Shown here piece after piece: positions 26,884 to 36,937 of a stretch of DNA of 64,000 bases. The DNA is from Candidatus Aminicenantes bacterium (GTDB lineage: Bacteria; Acidobacteriota; Aminicenantia; S016-38), in NCBI GenBank assembly GCA_027068075.1, contig JAMOUJ010000006.1, positions 218,706-282,705 on the forward strand, given 5' to 3'. Each line of letters begins with the position of its first letter. Within the stretch, counting starts at the first letter, position 1. Below the pieces are notes generated by a model that was not told the DNA's origin, searched no databases, and saw only the letters and a list, made by a program, of their open reading frames with translations. The position numbers and the translations under genes were made by a program.

Positions 26884-28245
26884 TTAATAAGCCCCCTCCC
26901 TTTCCAGGATGGCCTTGGTGGTCTTTATCAGGATAACGAAGTCAAGCCACAGGGACCAATTCCTAACATAGAATTCGTCTAAGGCGAGCCTCACCTTAAA
27001 GGGGAGGGTGTTTCTTCCCCTTATCTGCCACAGCCCGGTTATACCCGGTTTCACCTTAAAGATCACCTTCCTGTAGTCCCCCATGTCTCCCCTTTCCTTG
27101 GGAAGGTAGGGCCGTGGACCCACCATGGACATCTCTCCCTTCAGGACATTTATGAGTTGGGGAAGTTCGTCAAGGCTCCATTTTCTGAGAAAACGACCCA
27201 CCCTGGTTACCCGGGGGTCGTTTTTCAATTTTTTGTATTTTTCCCATTCTTCTCTTTTTTTGGGGTTGTTCCTCAAGATTCTCTGAAGCACCCTGTCCGC
27301 ATCAACCTTCATGCTGCGGAACTTGAACATGAAGAAAGGCTTTTCTCCCCTGCCCAGCCTCTTCTGCTTGTAGAAAACCGGTCCCCGGGAGTCCAGTTTA
27401 ATCGCCAGGGCAATGACCGCAAAGAGGGGAGAGAAAAGGACCAGAAGTGTTGAGGAAAGCAATATGTCCATGATCCTCTTTACGATGAGGTTTTCCCTTC
27501 TGGAAAGTTTGTAATACGGGGATAGGCTCATGTAGATGCCGATGTTTTTGAGTTTCCCGTAGGCCAGGGAAAGTTTGTGGACCTCGGGAATTATGTTGAT
27601 CTCCGCCAGGCCCTCCAGCCTCAGAACCAGGGACCTAAGGGTTCTGGGGGCGAAGCAGGAGGATATTATGAAAACTTCCCGTATGTTCTTTTCCTGGATT
27701 TTCTTCTCCAATCTTTTAGTGTCCTCGCAGATTTCCTTCACCCTGTAGCCCGCATACCATTCCCTCTCCAGTTCCTCCGCCAGGTTTTCGCTTTCCCTTT
27801 CCTTTCCGATTATGGCCACGGGACGGAGACCCACCCCCAGGGTGAAGGCAATCTTTTTTAACACCAGCCTGAAGAGGGGAACCAGCAGGGCCGCCGAAAA
27901 AATGGTGAGGAGGAGCATGACCCTGGAAAGGATGAAGTCTCTTTTTGCTATGTAGGCGATGGACAGAGTAAGAAAACCTGTGAGTATGTCCGTGATCCAT
28001 ATGGCCTTAAGTTCGTCCCAGAAGCCCCGGGGTTCGTAAATCTGCTCCTCCCATCCCACCGCTATCCATATCACCATGAAAATAAGGACAAAGGGAAGAT
28101 ACGATTTCAGAGGTTCCAGGTGGGGCATGTAAAGGGTGTTGAGCACCCGGGAGGTTATTTTCTCCCGAAGGAAATAGGAAAGTAGAAAGGATGCGGAAAT
28201 GGCCAGGGCGTCCCCCGCCAGAAGTATGGCCCAGAAGAACCTCAT
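26884..28245 (-). CDS. Polyprenyl-phosphate glycosyl-phosphotransferase, second paralog
   Basis: '[13 protein letters not shown]...[22 protein letters not shown]' with an N-terminal multi-TM region. Same family as 24608..25846. Confidence 0.8.
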   Translation of the reverse strand: MRFFWAILLAGDALAISASFLLSYFLREKITSRVLNTLYMPHLEPLKSYLPFVLIFMVIWIAVGWEEQIYEPRGFWDELKAIWITDILTGFLTLSIAYIAKRDFILSRVMLLLTIFSAALLVPLFRLVLKKIAFTLGVGLRPVAIIGKERESENLAEELEREWYAGYRVKEICEDTKRLEKKIQEKNIREVFIISSCFAPRTLRSLVLRLEGLAEINIIPEVHKLSLAYGKLKNIGIYMSLSPYYKLSRRENLIVKRIMDILLSSTLLVLFSPLFAVIALAIKLDSRGPVFYKQKRLGRGEKPFFMFKFRSMKVDADRVLQRILRNNPKKREEWEKYKKLKNDPRVTRVGRFLRKWSLDELPQLINVLKGEMSMVGPRPYLPKERGDMGDYRKVIFKVKPGITGLWQIRGRNTLPFKVRLALDEFYVRNWSLWLDFVILIKTTKAILEREGAY

Positions 28246-28295
28246 AGAAGTATTATAAGCGATAATGTGTTAGAATTACCCCTGGAGTTGTAAAA

Positions 28296-28964
28296 ATGGA
28301 AGTGATAACTCTTCGTCTTTACGATACAGGGATTATAAAGAGGGTGGACTCCACAGGGATCCCCTGCGATGTGGGAGATTTTTGCGTCATAGAGTCCCCC
28401 TACGGGGAGGAATTGGGGGAGGTTCTGCGGGAGAATTCCCTGGTGAAGAAGGCCTGGGAAGGGGTGAAACTTGAGAAGGTTCTCAGGAAGGCTTCGGAGA
28501 AGGACCTCCAGTTCTTTCAGGATAAATTAAAAAGGGAGAAGGAGGCCTTCCAGTTCTGCCGCAAGAGGATAGAGGAAAGGGGAATGCCCATGAAACTGCT
28601 GAAGGTCAAGTTTTTCACCAACGAAAGGAAGGTGATGTTCTTCTTCTCCGCCGAAGGAAGGATAGACTTCCGGGACCTGGTGAAGGACCTGGCCAAGAAA
28701 TACCGCATGAGGATTGAGATGAGGCAGGTGGGAATAAGGGACGAGGCTAAAATGCTGGGGGGAGTGGGGGTGTGCGGTAGGTTCCTGTGTTGCATGTATG
28801 TTCTCAAGGAATTCAAACCCATCGGCTCAGGGCTTTTGAAGGAAATGGAAGTAAAGGTAAATCCCAACAAGATTTCCGGACTTTGCGGCAGGCTTATGTG
28901 CTGCCTTTCCTACGAAGTGGGGGTTACTCTCAACCTTTCCGACATGGGCGAGGAGGAGGATTGA
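28296..28964 (+). CDS. PSP1 C-terminal domain protein (RicT/YaaT-like)
   Basis: 'VCGRFLCCMYVL' and 'LCGRLMCCLSYE' are PSP1-type CGR.LCC motifs. 222 aa. Confidence 0.6.
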   Translation: MEVITLRLYDTGIIKRVDSTGIPCDVGDFCVIESPYGEELGEVLRENSLVKKAWEGVKLEKVLRKASEKDLQFFQDKLKREKEAFQFCRKRIEERGMPMKLLKVKFFTNERKVMFFFSAEGRIDFRDLVKDLAKKYRMRIEMRQVGIRDEAKMLGGVGVCGRFLCCMYVLKEFKPIGSGLLKEMEVKVNPNKISGLCGRLMCCLSYEVGVTLNLSDMGEEED

Positions 28965-29956
28965 AGGGCAGAAAGGGTCTCCTGAAGTCCCTCGTTTCCC
29001 TGGCAGTGGCCCTGGTTCTCCTGTACTTTTTCTTCAGGGGCACGGATTTCAGGAGTTTCTGGAATTATCTGCGGGGGGCTAATCCCATTTATCTCCTTGG
29101 GTTTGCCCTGGGGCTCGTGGTTTTCTACTGGATAAGGGCCCTGAGGTGGCGTCTCCTCTATCAGGGGGATGGGGTCCCCGGGGTAACGGAGTTCTTCAAA
29201 GCCAATGTCCTGGGTTTTTCCCTCAACTACCTTCTTCCCGGAAGGCTGGGGGAAGTGGCCCGGGCGGTTTACATTTCCAGAAAGAGCAACTACTCCACGG
29301 GATATTCCGTGGCTACGGTGGTGGTGGAGAGGTTTTTTGACTTCTTTTCCATGGGGGTCCTCCTTCTCCTGTACCTGGTGAGTTTCCCTGTGAGCGCCGT
29401 TAACCTTCGGGGAAACCTTTCCACCATAATCGCAGTGAGTTTCGTGGCCACCCTCATGCTGATTATGGGCATCCTTCTGCTGGCCCACCTTTGGAAAAGG
29501 GGGCGTCTCCACTACATAGGAAAAATCCTGGCCCTGTTCCCCGTCTCCTTGAGGGAGAAACTTAGAAACAGCGGTCGGTCCTTTCTTCAGGGCCTGTTTT
29601 TTTTCTCCTCCCCCCGAAGGGCGGTGTATTTTATCCTCTTAGGTTTTCTCGTGTGGCTGGCGGTGGCCTTCCAGTACTGGCTTGGACTTAAGGCCTTCGG
29701 AATAAACAGGCCCCTTCCCCAGATAATCCCCTTCATCGGCGTTCTCCTGGTGGGGGTTTCCATTCCCACACCGGGAATGGCCGGGGGATTTGAGGTGGCT
29801 TCCAAGTTTTTCATCGTGGAAGTGTGGAAGTATTCCGCCAGCAAGGCGGTGGCCGCCACCCTTACCCTCCATGTTATACTTCTTTTGGTAACCCTTTTAA
29901 TGGGGGCCTTAGTGGGCCTGAAGGAAGGTTTTAAACTGGGACGGCAAAGGCAATGA
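28961..29956 (+). CDS. Flippase-like / lysylphosphatidylglycerol-synthase-TM (UPF0104) family membrane protein
   Basis: Polytopic membrane protein ('[11 protein letters not shown]', '[15 protein letters not shown]'). A putative TTG start at 28961 is preceded by AGGAGGAGGA and overlaps the PSP1 stop. The ATG ORF start at 28787 would overlap PSP1 by 178 nt. Confidence 0.5.
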   Translation: MKGRKGLLKSLVSLAVALVLLYFFFRGTDFRSFWNYLRGANPIYLLGFALGLVVFYWIRALRWRLLYQGDGVPGVTEFFKANVLGFSLNYLLPGRLGEVARAVYISRKSNYSTGYSVATVVVERFFDFFSMGVLLLLYLVSFPVSAVNLRGNLSTIIAVSFVATLMLIMGILLLAHLWKRGRLHYIGKILALFPVSLREKLRNSGRSFLQGLFFFSSPRRAVYFILLGFLVWLAVAFQYWLGLKAFGINRPLPQIIPFIGVLLVGVSIPTPGMAGGFEVASKFFIVEVWKYSASKAVAATLTLHVILLLVTLLMGALVGLKEGFKLGRQRQ

Positions 29957-30420
29957 GATGCCCTTACTGCGGAGCCAACAATGACCGGGTGGTGGACAGC
30001 CGGGAAATCAAAAACGGCACCGAAGTGAGGAGGCGCCGTCAGTGTCTGGTCTGCGGAAGAAGATTCACCTCCTACGAAAGAATAGAACTCATCCCCGTGA
30101 TGGTGGTTAAAAAGGACGGGAGCCGGGAGGCCTTTTCCCGGGAAAAAATAATAAACGGGCTTCTGAAGGCCTGCGAGAAAAGGCCCGTCTCCGGCGAGGA
30201 CCTGGAGGCCATAGCCGACGAATTGGAAGCCCTGGCCCAGAGCCGGGGGGAAATTTCCTCCAGGGAAATAGGGGAGGTCATAATGGAAAGGCTGAAGTCC
30301 CTGGATCAGGTGGCCTATGTCAGGTTCGCATCGGTTTACAAGGAATTCAGGGATGTGGATGAATTTTATCGGGAACTGGAGGTTCTCAAGGGAGGAAGTT
30401 CACATGAAGGAGAAAATTAG
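29953..30420 (+). CDS. nrdR: Transcriptional repressor NrdR
   Basis: '[17 protein letters not shown]...[17 protein letters not shown]' zinc ribbon plus ATP-cone. 155 aa. Confidence 0.9.
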   Translation: MRCPYCGANNDRVVDSREIKNGTEVRRRRQCLVCGRRFTSYERIELIPVMVVKKDGSREAFSREKIINGLLKACEKRPVSGEDLEAIADELEALAQSRGEISSREIGEVIMERLKSLDQVAYVRFASVYKEFRDVDEFYRELEVLKGGSSHEGEN

Positions 30421-30763
30421 GGATTTCGTCCAAGCCTGGGGAAGTTGGACCCCTCCCGTGGACATCATGATGGGGCCCGAAAGGGTGAGAGTTATCGTGG
30501 AGGTTCCCGGCGTGGATTCGTCCTCCCTGGAGGTTAGGGTGGAGGGGGATAACCTTATAGTGGAAGGTAGAAAATTGCCCCCGATGGTAAAGCGGGTTCT
30601 TCACACGGAGAGGGAATATGGGGACTTTTTCCTGGTGATAAAATTAAACGAAGATGTGACTCCTTCTTCTGCCAGGGCCAGTTTGAGGCAGGGCGTCCTG
30701 GAAGTGGAAATCCCCCGGGTCAATCGGAAAATAAAAATTCATGTGGAGGAAGAAAATGAGTGA
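30404..30763 (+). CDS. Small heat-shock protein (Hsp20/alpha-crystallin family)
   Basis: Alpha-crystallin domain '[22 protein letters not shown]...[16 protein letters not shown]'. Start set at 'MKEKIRDF', 6 nt after GGGAGGAAG. The longer ORF from 30317 runs inside nrdR. Confidence 0.65.
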   Translation: MKEKIRDFVQAWGSWTPPVDIMMGPERVRVIVEVPGVDSSSLEVRVEGDNLIVEGRKLPPMVKRVLHTEREYGDFFLVIKLNEDVTPSSARASLRQGVLEVEIPRVNRKIKIHVEEENE

Positions 30764-33110
30764 GAAGAAAAACGGCGAAAAAAAGGAAATACCCGAAAAA
30801 ATTCCCGTTCTGGCGGTAAGGGATGTGGTGATATTTCCCCATATGATAGTTCCGCTATTCGTAAAAAGGGACAAGTCCGTAAAGGCCATAAACGAAAGCC
30901 TTTCCTCCCACAGGAAAATACTGCTTCTCACCCAGAAGGACCCCGAAATAGAGGATCCCGGCCCCGAGGATCTATATCGGGTGGGAACCGTATCCATGAT
31001 TTCAAAGATGATCACCCTTCCCGACGGCACCCTCAGGGTGCTGTTCCAGGGCCTTACCAGGGCTAAGGTCAAGGACATCAAAACCGATGGTGACTACATA
31101 GAGGCCGAGATAGAGGTGGTGGAGGAGAAGGCGAAGGAAGAAGGCGAAGTGGAGGTGGAGGCCCTCAAGAGGAGTTTAAAGGCGGCCCTGGAAAAAATAG
31201 CCGAACTGGGAGGGAAAAACCTGACCCAGGACTTCCTCATGTTCATCGGGAGGATAGAGGATCCCAGCAAACTGGCGGACCTGATAGTGGCCAACATAGG
31301 GATAAAGACCGAAGAGGCACAGGAAGTCCTGGAAACCTTTGACCCCGTGGAGAGGATGAAGAAGGTTCTCCAGTTGCTGGAGAGGGAAATCCAACTCCTT
31401 ACGGTCCAGAAGGAGATCATGGAGGACACCAAAAAGCGCATGGACAAGATGCAGAGGGAGTTTTTCCTCCGCCAGCAACTTCAGTCCATCCAGAAGGAAC
31501 TGGGAATAGGCTCAGAACTGGCCGAGGAGATAAGGGAGTATAGAGAGAAACTGGCCAAGATCAAAAAGATGAGTCCGGAGGCCAAGGAGGAAGTGGAGAA
31601 GCAAATAGCCCGCCTGGAGAAACTTCCCCCCGAGAGCGCAGAGGCAGGAGTTATACGAACTTATCTGGACTGGATGCTTTCTCTTCCCTGGGACAAGTCC
31701 ACCAGGGATAACCTTGACATAAAGAGGGCGAAGAAGATCCTGGACCAGGACCACTACGACCTGGAGAAGGTAAAGGAAAGAATACTTGAATACCTCAGCG
31801 TCAGAAAACTGGCCAAGAAGATGAAGGGTCCCATACTTTGTTTCGTGGGACCTCCGGGTGTGGGAAAGACCTCCCTGGGAAAATCCATAGCCCGGGCCCT
31901 GGGAAGGAAGTTCGTGAGGATATCCCTGGGTGGAGTTCGGGATGAAGCCGAAATAAGGGGACACCGCAGAACCTATGTGGGGGCCATGCCGGGCAGGATA
32001 ATCCAGGGAATCCGCCAGGCTGGTTCCAACAATCCGGTTTTCATGCTGGACGAGGTGGATAAGATCGGGGCGGATTTCCGGGGCGATCCATCCTCCGCCC
32101 TTCTGGAGGTTCTTGACCCGGAGCAGAACCACTCCTTCGTGGACCATTATCTGGGGGTTCCCTTTGACCTTTCCAAGGTTCTCTTCATAGCCACCGCCAA
32201 TGTGACTTACACCATCCATCCGGCCTTCCTTGACCGGATGGAGGTTATTCACCTGCCCGGTTACACCGAGGAGGAGAAGGTCCACATAGCCAGAAAGTTT
32301 TTGATCCCCAAGCAGATGAAGGAAAACGGGATAAAGCCGGAAATGCTTCAGATCAGCGACGATGCGCTCAGGAAGATAATTTCGGAATACACCCGGGAGG
32401 CCGGGGTTAGAAACCTTGAAAGGCAGATAGCGGCGGTGATGAGAAAGGTGGCCAGAAGGTGGGCCGAGGGCAAAAAGAGGAGGGTGAGGGTGACCGCCAG
32501 AAACCTCCACAAATTTCTGGGGCCTCCGCTGGTTTTCAGGGACGAGCCCCTGCCGGAGCCCAAGGTAGGGGTGGCCACCGGAGTGGCCTGGACCCCCACC
32601 GGGGGTGAACTCCTCTTCGTGGAGTCCATAAAGATGCCCGGCAAGGGCGACATCAAACTAACCGGGTCCCTGGGAGATGTTTTAAAGGAATCGGCCCTGG
32701 CGGCCATGAGTTACATAAAGGCCAACGCCGAAAGACTGGGCATAGACCCGGAGGAATTTACCAAGCACGATGTTCACATCCACATCCCCCAGGGGGCCAT
32801 CCCCAAGGACGGACCCTCCGCCGGGGTGGCCATAGTGGCCTCTTTGGCTTCCCTTTTCACCTCCAGACCGGTCCGCAACGATGTGGCCATGACCGGGGAG
32901 ATTACCCTCCGGGGAAGCGTTCTTCCCATAGGGGGGTTGAAGGAGAAGATCTTAGCGGCCAAGCGGAGTAAAATACACAGTTTCATCCTCCCCGCCAAGA
33001 ACATGAAGGAGGTGGAGGACCTTCCCCGCTATGTGAAGGAGAAGATGAAACTGATTCCGGTTCGGGAAGTGGACGAAGTTTTAGATCTGGTTCTTCTGGA
33101 TGAGAAGTGA
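30756..33110 (+). CDS. lon: ATP-dependent protease Lon
   Basis: N-terminal LON domain 'IPVLAVRDVVIFPHMIVPLFV'. AAA+ 'GPPGVGKTSLGKSIA'. Protease Ser-Lys dyad region 'PKDGPSAGVAIV...AMTGEITLRG'. Confidence 0.95.
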   Translation: MSEKKNGEKKEIPEKIPVLAVRDVVIFPHMIVPLFVKRDKSVKAINESLSSHRKILLLTQKDPEIEDPGPEDLYRVGTVSMISKMITLPDGTLRVLFQGLTRAKVKDIKTDGDYIEAEIEVVEEKAKEEGEVEVEALKRSLKAALEKIAELGGKNLTQDFLMFIGRIEDPSKLADLIVANIGIKTEEAQEVLETFDPVERMKKVLQLLEREIQLLTVQKEIMEDTKKRMDKMQREFFLRQQLQSIQKELGIGSELAEEIREYREKLAKIKKMSPEAKEEVEKQIARLEKLPPESAEAGVIRTYLDWMLSLPWDKSTRDNLDIKRAKKILDQDHYDLEKVKERILEYLSVRKLAKKMKGPILCFVGPPGVGKTSLGKSIARALGRKFVRISLGGVRDEAEIRGHRRTYVGAMPGRIIQGIRQAGSNNPVFMLDEVDKIGADFRGDPSSALLEVLDPEQNHSFVDHYLGVPFDLSKVLFIATANVTYTIHPAFLDRMEVIHLPGYTEEEKVHIARKFLIPKQMKENGIKPEMLQISDDALRKIISEYTREAGVRNLERQIAAVMRKVARRWAEGKKRRVRVTARNLHKFLGPPLVFRDEPLPEPKVGVATGVAWTPTGGELLFVESIKMPGKGDIKLTGSLGDVLKESALAAMSYIKANAERLGIDPEEFTKHDVHIHIPQGAIPKDGPSAGVAIVASLASLFTSRPVRNDVAMTGEITLRGSVLPIGGLKEKILAAKRSKIHSFILPAKNMKEVEDLPRYVKEKMKLIPVREVDEVLDLVLLDEK

Positions 33111-34002
33111 AGAAGAGTTAATAGAATTTCTGAGGGAGAAATTCCCGCCGGGCAGGGCCCTGGTGGGAATAGGGGACGATGCCGCCGTATTTGAGAACCT
33201 GGTCTTTACGACGGACATGTTAGTGGAGGGCGTCCATTTTTTAAAGGACCATCCTCCCTTCTTCCTGGGAAGAAAGGCGGTAAATGTGAACCTGAGCGAC
33301 CTGGCGGCCATGGGGGCGGAGCCGCTTTTCATATTGATGAGTCTGGCCTTTCCCGTGGAATTCACCTCCGCCTGGATGGAGGAGTTTTCAAATGGGGTGA
33401 GTTCGGCCTGTAAAGAGGGAGAGTGCAGTTTGGTGGGAGGGGACCTTTCCCGGGCCGATAGAATTTTCATTTCCGTAACCGCCGTGGGAAGGACCGATTC
33501 ACCGGTTCTACGGGGAAGGGCCAGGGAAGGGGAGGGGATATACCTGGTGGGTGACCTGGGCCTTGCCCGGGCGGGAAGGGAGGCCCTGGAGAAGGGGATA
33601 AAAGGGTTCACTATCTTAGAGATGGCCTTCTGGAATCCCCGCCCCCGGTTAAAGGAGGGGCTGGAAGCGGCCCGGTTGGCCTCTTCCATGATAGATGTGA
33701 GCGACGGATTCGTCCTGGACCTCCACAGGCTTCTGCAGGGTAAGGGGGCCCGTCTGGACCAGGAGAGCCTTCCGATTCCTTTTGAACTGAAGAGATTTTG
33801 CCGGAAAATGGGAGTCTCTCCGCTGGATTATGTTCTCTACGGGGGGGAGGATTACGCTTTGATATACACTTCTGGCAGCGACCACGGCCCCGGAAGGAGG
33901 GTGGGTGAGGTGACGGGGGATGGAAGGATACTTCTGGGAGAAAGGGAAGTCCCGGTAAAGGGTTTCTCCCACTTCTCTGGAAAACCCTCGCAAAAGTTCT
34001 AA
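33100..34002 (+). CDS. thiL: Thiamine-monophosphate kinase
   Basis: AIR-synthase-related fold 'GIGDDAAV...DMLVEGVHF', typical ThiL N-terminus. 300 aa. Confidence 0.8.
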   Translation: MRSEEELIEFLREKFPPGRALVGIGDDAAVFENLVFTTDMLVEGVHFLKDHPPFFLGRKAVNVNLSDLAAMGAEPLFILMSLAFPVEFTSAWMEEFSNGVSSACKEGECSLVGGDLSRADRIFISVTAVGRTDSPVLRGRAREGEGIYLVGDLGLARAGREALEKGIKGFTILEMAFWNPRPRLKEGLEAARLASSMIDVSDGFVLDLHRLLQGKGARLDQESLPIPFELKRFCRKMGVSPLDYVLYGGEDYALIYTSGSDHGPGRRVGEVTGDGRILLGEREVPVKGFSHFSGKPSQKF

Positions 34003-34028
34003 AATATAACCAAGCCAGGAGGTAACAA

Positions 34029-35492
34029 ATGAAGTTCTTTCTGGGGATGTGGATGATTACTATGTTTGTGGGGGGTAGTTACGCTAAGATCATCAACTAC
34101 CCCCGGGCTCAGGGCATAACCGGCTTGGATCCTGCCTCCCAGTGGAACCACTACACCTCTGAGGTTTTGGCCAACATCTACGAGGGTCTGGTGAAGTTCC
34201 GCGGGGAAACTTACAGGGTATCTCCCCTCCTGTCCACCAGATGGGAAATGAGGGAGGGGGGGAGGGTCTGGAGGTTCTACCTCCGAAGGGGGGTGAAGTT
34301 CCACGACGGGTCCCCCTTCACCGCCGACAGCGTTGTTTTCACCTTCAAAAGGCAGAAGGGTTCACATTTTGAGGCGAGGAGGTTTTTGCTTTCATTCTTG
34401 AGGGATGTGGAAAAGGTGGACGATTACACCGTGGATTTTAAACTCGGTAGCCCGTGTCCCCTCTTTCCCCGCATTCTTGCCAATCCGCTGGCCTACATAG
34501 TGAAGCCCTACCGTGGAAAATTTCTTCCCATCGGCACCGGTCCCTTCAAACTGGAGGCCTGGAACCGGGGAAAATTTGTTTTACTGAAGGCCAACGAAAA
34601 TTATTGGGGAAGGAAACCCTTTATAGATGGAGTCAGGTTTTCCGTGGTCAGCAACCCTTACTCCCGGGTTTTGCAGTTGAGGAACGGAAACGCCGATGTG
34701 ATAAGCCGTCTTTCCCGGAAGGAATACGAGGATGTTAAGGACATCCCCACCATAACGGTGTGGAAGTTTCCCCTTCTCAACATAAACTTCATAACCTTCA
34801 ACATAAAGAAGCCCCCCTTTGACGACATCCGGGTTAGGAAGGCCGTCACCTACCTGATAAACCGGAGGAAACTGGTGAAACTGGTATTTGGAGAACTGGC
34901 GGAGCCTGTGTTCTTCCCGCTTCCCCCATCCCTTTCCTCCATGAAGGGCCTGCCTCCGGTGCCGGAATACGACCCGGAGAAGGGAAAGAAACTCCTCCAG
35001 GAGGCAGGCTACGGTAAGGGTCTGCGGTGCACCCTGTATTACCTTCAGGGGAGCCCCTTCGGGGATGTGGCCAGCGTCCTCTCAAGGAGTTTGGTGTACA
35101 TGGGGGTAATAATAAAACCCGTGGGTTTATCCCGGCCGGTCTTAACCCACAAGGTGGTTTACGGAGATTTTGAAATGGCCCTGGGCGGATGGGTGGCGGA
35201 TTGTCCCGATCCGGGGAATTTTCTTTATTCCATGCTTTTCCCCTTTTCCTTTAGAGCCAGAAAGTCCAATTCCCTGCCCGAGGTTAAAAAACTTCTGATC
35301 TTGGCCAGCACCACCCCCGACGGAAAGAAGAGAAGGGAGATTTACCTCAAGGTGGTGAGGATAATAATGAGCCGTTATGTTACCGTGCCCCTTTTCCGCT
35401 CCTATCTGGTGGTGGCCCACAGGAGGGAGATAAAAGGATTAAAGATAAACCCCAAGGGTTACCTCATTTTCAGCCAGGTGAGGGCGGAATGA
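34029..35492 (+). CDS. Family-5 (Opp/Dpp/Nik-type) periplasmic solute-binding protein, copy 1
   Basis: Signal peptide 'MKFFLGMWMITMFVGGSYA'. The SBP_bac_5 fold is recognised by length and motifs ('NYWG', 'LNINFITFN'). Confidence 0.75.
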   Translation: MKFFLGMWMITMFVGGSYAKIINYPRAQGITGLDPASQWNHYTSEVLANIYEGLVKFRGETYRVSPLLSTRWEMREGGRVWRFYLRRGVKFHDGSPFTADSVVFTFKRQKGSHFEARRFLLSFLRDVEKVDDYTVDFKLGSPCPLFPRILANPLAYIVKPYRGKFLPIGTGPFKLEAWNRGKFVLLKANENYWGRKPFIDGVRFSVVSNPYSRVLQLRNGNADVISRLSRKEYEDVKDIPTITVWKFPLLNINFITFNIKKPPFDDIRVRKAVTYLINRRKLVKLVFGELAEPVFFPLPPSLSSMKGLPPVPEYDPEKGKKLLQEAGYGKGLRCTLYYLQGSPFGDVASVLSRSLVYMGVIIKPVGLSRPVLTHKVVYGDFEMALGGWVADCPDPGNFLYSMLFPFSFRARKSNSLPEVKKLLILASTTPDGKKRREIYLKVVRIIMSRYVTVPLFRSYLVVAHRREIKGLKINPKGYLIFSQVRAE

Positions 35493-36937
35493 GAAGAATT
35501 TTCATCTGTTGCCTCCTGGTGGGCGGCATATTTGGAAGAACGCTTTACTTCGGAGTGAGGAGGGAGCCCGTCAGCATGGATCCCATGAGGCAAAGGGAAA
35601 ATTCGTCCTCCTTGGTTGCCTACAATGTGTTTGAGACCCTGGTGGGGGTGGAACCGGGGTCTCTTCGCATAGTTCCCCGCCTGGCGATAAAGTGGAAAAG
35701 GTCCAGGGACGGAAAGACCTGGATTTTTTACCTGCGGCCCGGGGTTAAATTCCAGAACGGAGAACCCCTGACATCCCGGGAGGTGGTCTACAGTTTTAAG
35801 AGGTTGGTGAAGACCTCCCCCGGGAAACACCTCCTTACCCTTCTGAAGGAGGTCAAAGCCCAGGGAAAGGACAGAGTGGTCTTCGTTTTGAGGAGGGAGT
35901 TTTCCCCATTCCTCTATGTCTTGAGCGTGATCCATACCTCCATAGTTTACCCCTCCAGGGGGAAGTACGGCCCCTGGGGGACCGGTCCCTATTACATAAG
36001 TCTGTGGGAAAGGGGGAGGAGGATGATCCTTAAAAAAAATCCGTATTACTGGGGGAAGATGGGAAACATAGACAGGGTGGTGATGCTCTTTTCCCTTCCC
36101 ACGGAGACCGTTTACTCCTTCCTTTTAAGGGAGAAACTGGACCTTACCAACGGCATATCCCTCTCAGAAGTGGAGGCCCTCAGAAACTCCGGCAGGTTTT
36201 ATCTACATTCTTCGCCGGTGCTTTCCCTGGAGTATTTGGTCTTCAACCCCGGGGACAAATGGGTTCAAAGGGCATTTGTCCGGGAAGCCCTTTCCTACCT
36301 GTGGAACAGAAGGTGGGTGGTTCTTTCCTTCAGCAATTACCGGGAGCCTGCCTGCAGAATCCTGCCGCTTTTTTCCAGCAGGTGTCTCTGGAGTTATAAC
36401 CCCGGGCGTGCGGCGGAAATCGTAAAGAAAAACGGGGCCTACGGGAGGGTCAAGTTAAACCTCGTGTATCCCGATGACCCGCTTTACACGAAAATTTTCC
36501 TCCCCTTTGCCAACGAAGCCGGGAAGGCAGGCATAAAAATGAAACTGGTGGCCGTAGGGGACGAAGACGGAATGGAAAAAATCTACCGCTCCGGAACATA
36601 CTCTTTATCCCTCTGCACCTGGAGATGGGTCTATCCGGATCCTTACAACCTCCTTTCCTTTCTCCTTTCTGACCGGATGAGGTCTTCAAAATATCCCGGT
36701 ATTTCTTCCTTTTCCGGGGTGAGTTCCCTCCGGAGAACCCTGAAATGGGCCCTGAGAATTTACTCTTCCCGACGGAGAAACGAACTTTACAGGGAGGTGG
36801 AGAGGTCCATATTTGAAGGCAAGTGGATTATTCCCCTTGCCTATTTAAAGGAATCCCTTTTCGTCAACCGGAAAATAAGCGGTATAGAAATCAACCCCCT
36901 GGGCCTGGTGGACCTGAGCAGGGTTTACAAAAAATGA
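35489..36937 (+). CDS. Family-5 periplasmic solute-binding protein, copy 2
   Basis: Paralog of copy 1 ('NPYYWGK', same domain order). Its start overlaps the copy 1 stop and its stop overlaps the kinase start (ATGA). Confidence 0.75.
   Translation: MRRIFICCLLVGGIFGRTLYFGVRREPVSMDPMRQRENSSSLVAYNVFETLVGVEPGSLRIVPRLAIKWKRSRDGKTWIFYLRPGVKFQNGEPLTSREVVYSFKRLVKTSPGKHLLTLLKEVKAQGKDRVVFVLRREFSPFLYVLSVIHTSIVYPSRGKYGPWGTGPYYISLWERGRRMILKKNPYYWGKMGNIDRVVMLFSLPTETVYSFLLREKLDLTNGISLSEVEALRNSGRFYLHSSPVLSLEYLVFNPGDKWVQRAFVREALSYLWNRRWVVLSFSNYREPACRILPLFSSRCLWSYNPGRAAEIVKKNGAYGRVKLNLVYPDDPLYTKIFLPFANEAGKAGIKMKLVAVGDEDGMEKIYRSGTYSLSLCTWRWVYPDPYNLLSFLLSDRMRSSKYPGISSFSGVSSLRRTLKWALRIYSSRRRNELYREVERSIFEGKWIIPLAYLKESLFVNRKISGIEINPLGLVDLSRVYKK

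Noticed and set aside
28787-28960. ATG start of the UPF0104 membrane protein inside the PSP1 gene
   Set aside because: It would create a 178-nt out-of-frame overlap. A TTG with a strong Shine-Dalgarno at the PSP1 stop is more plausible.
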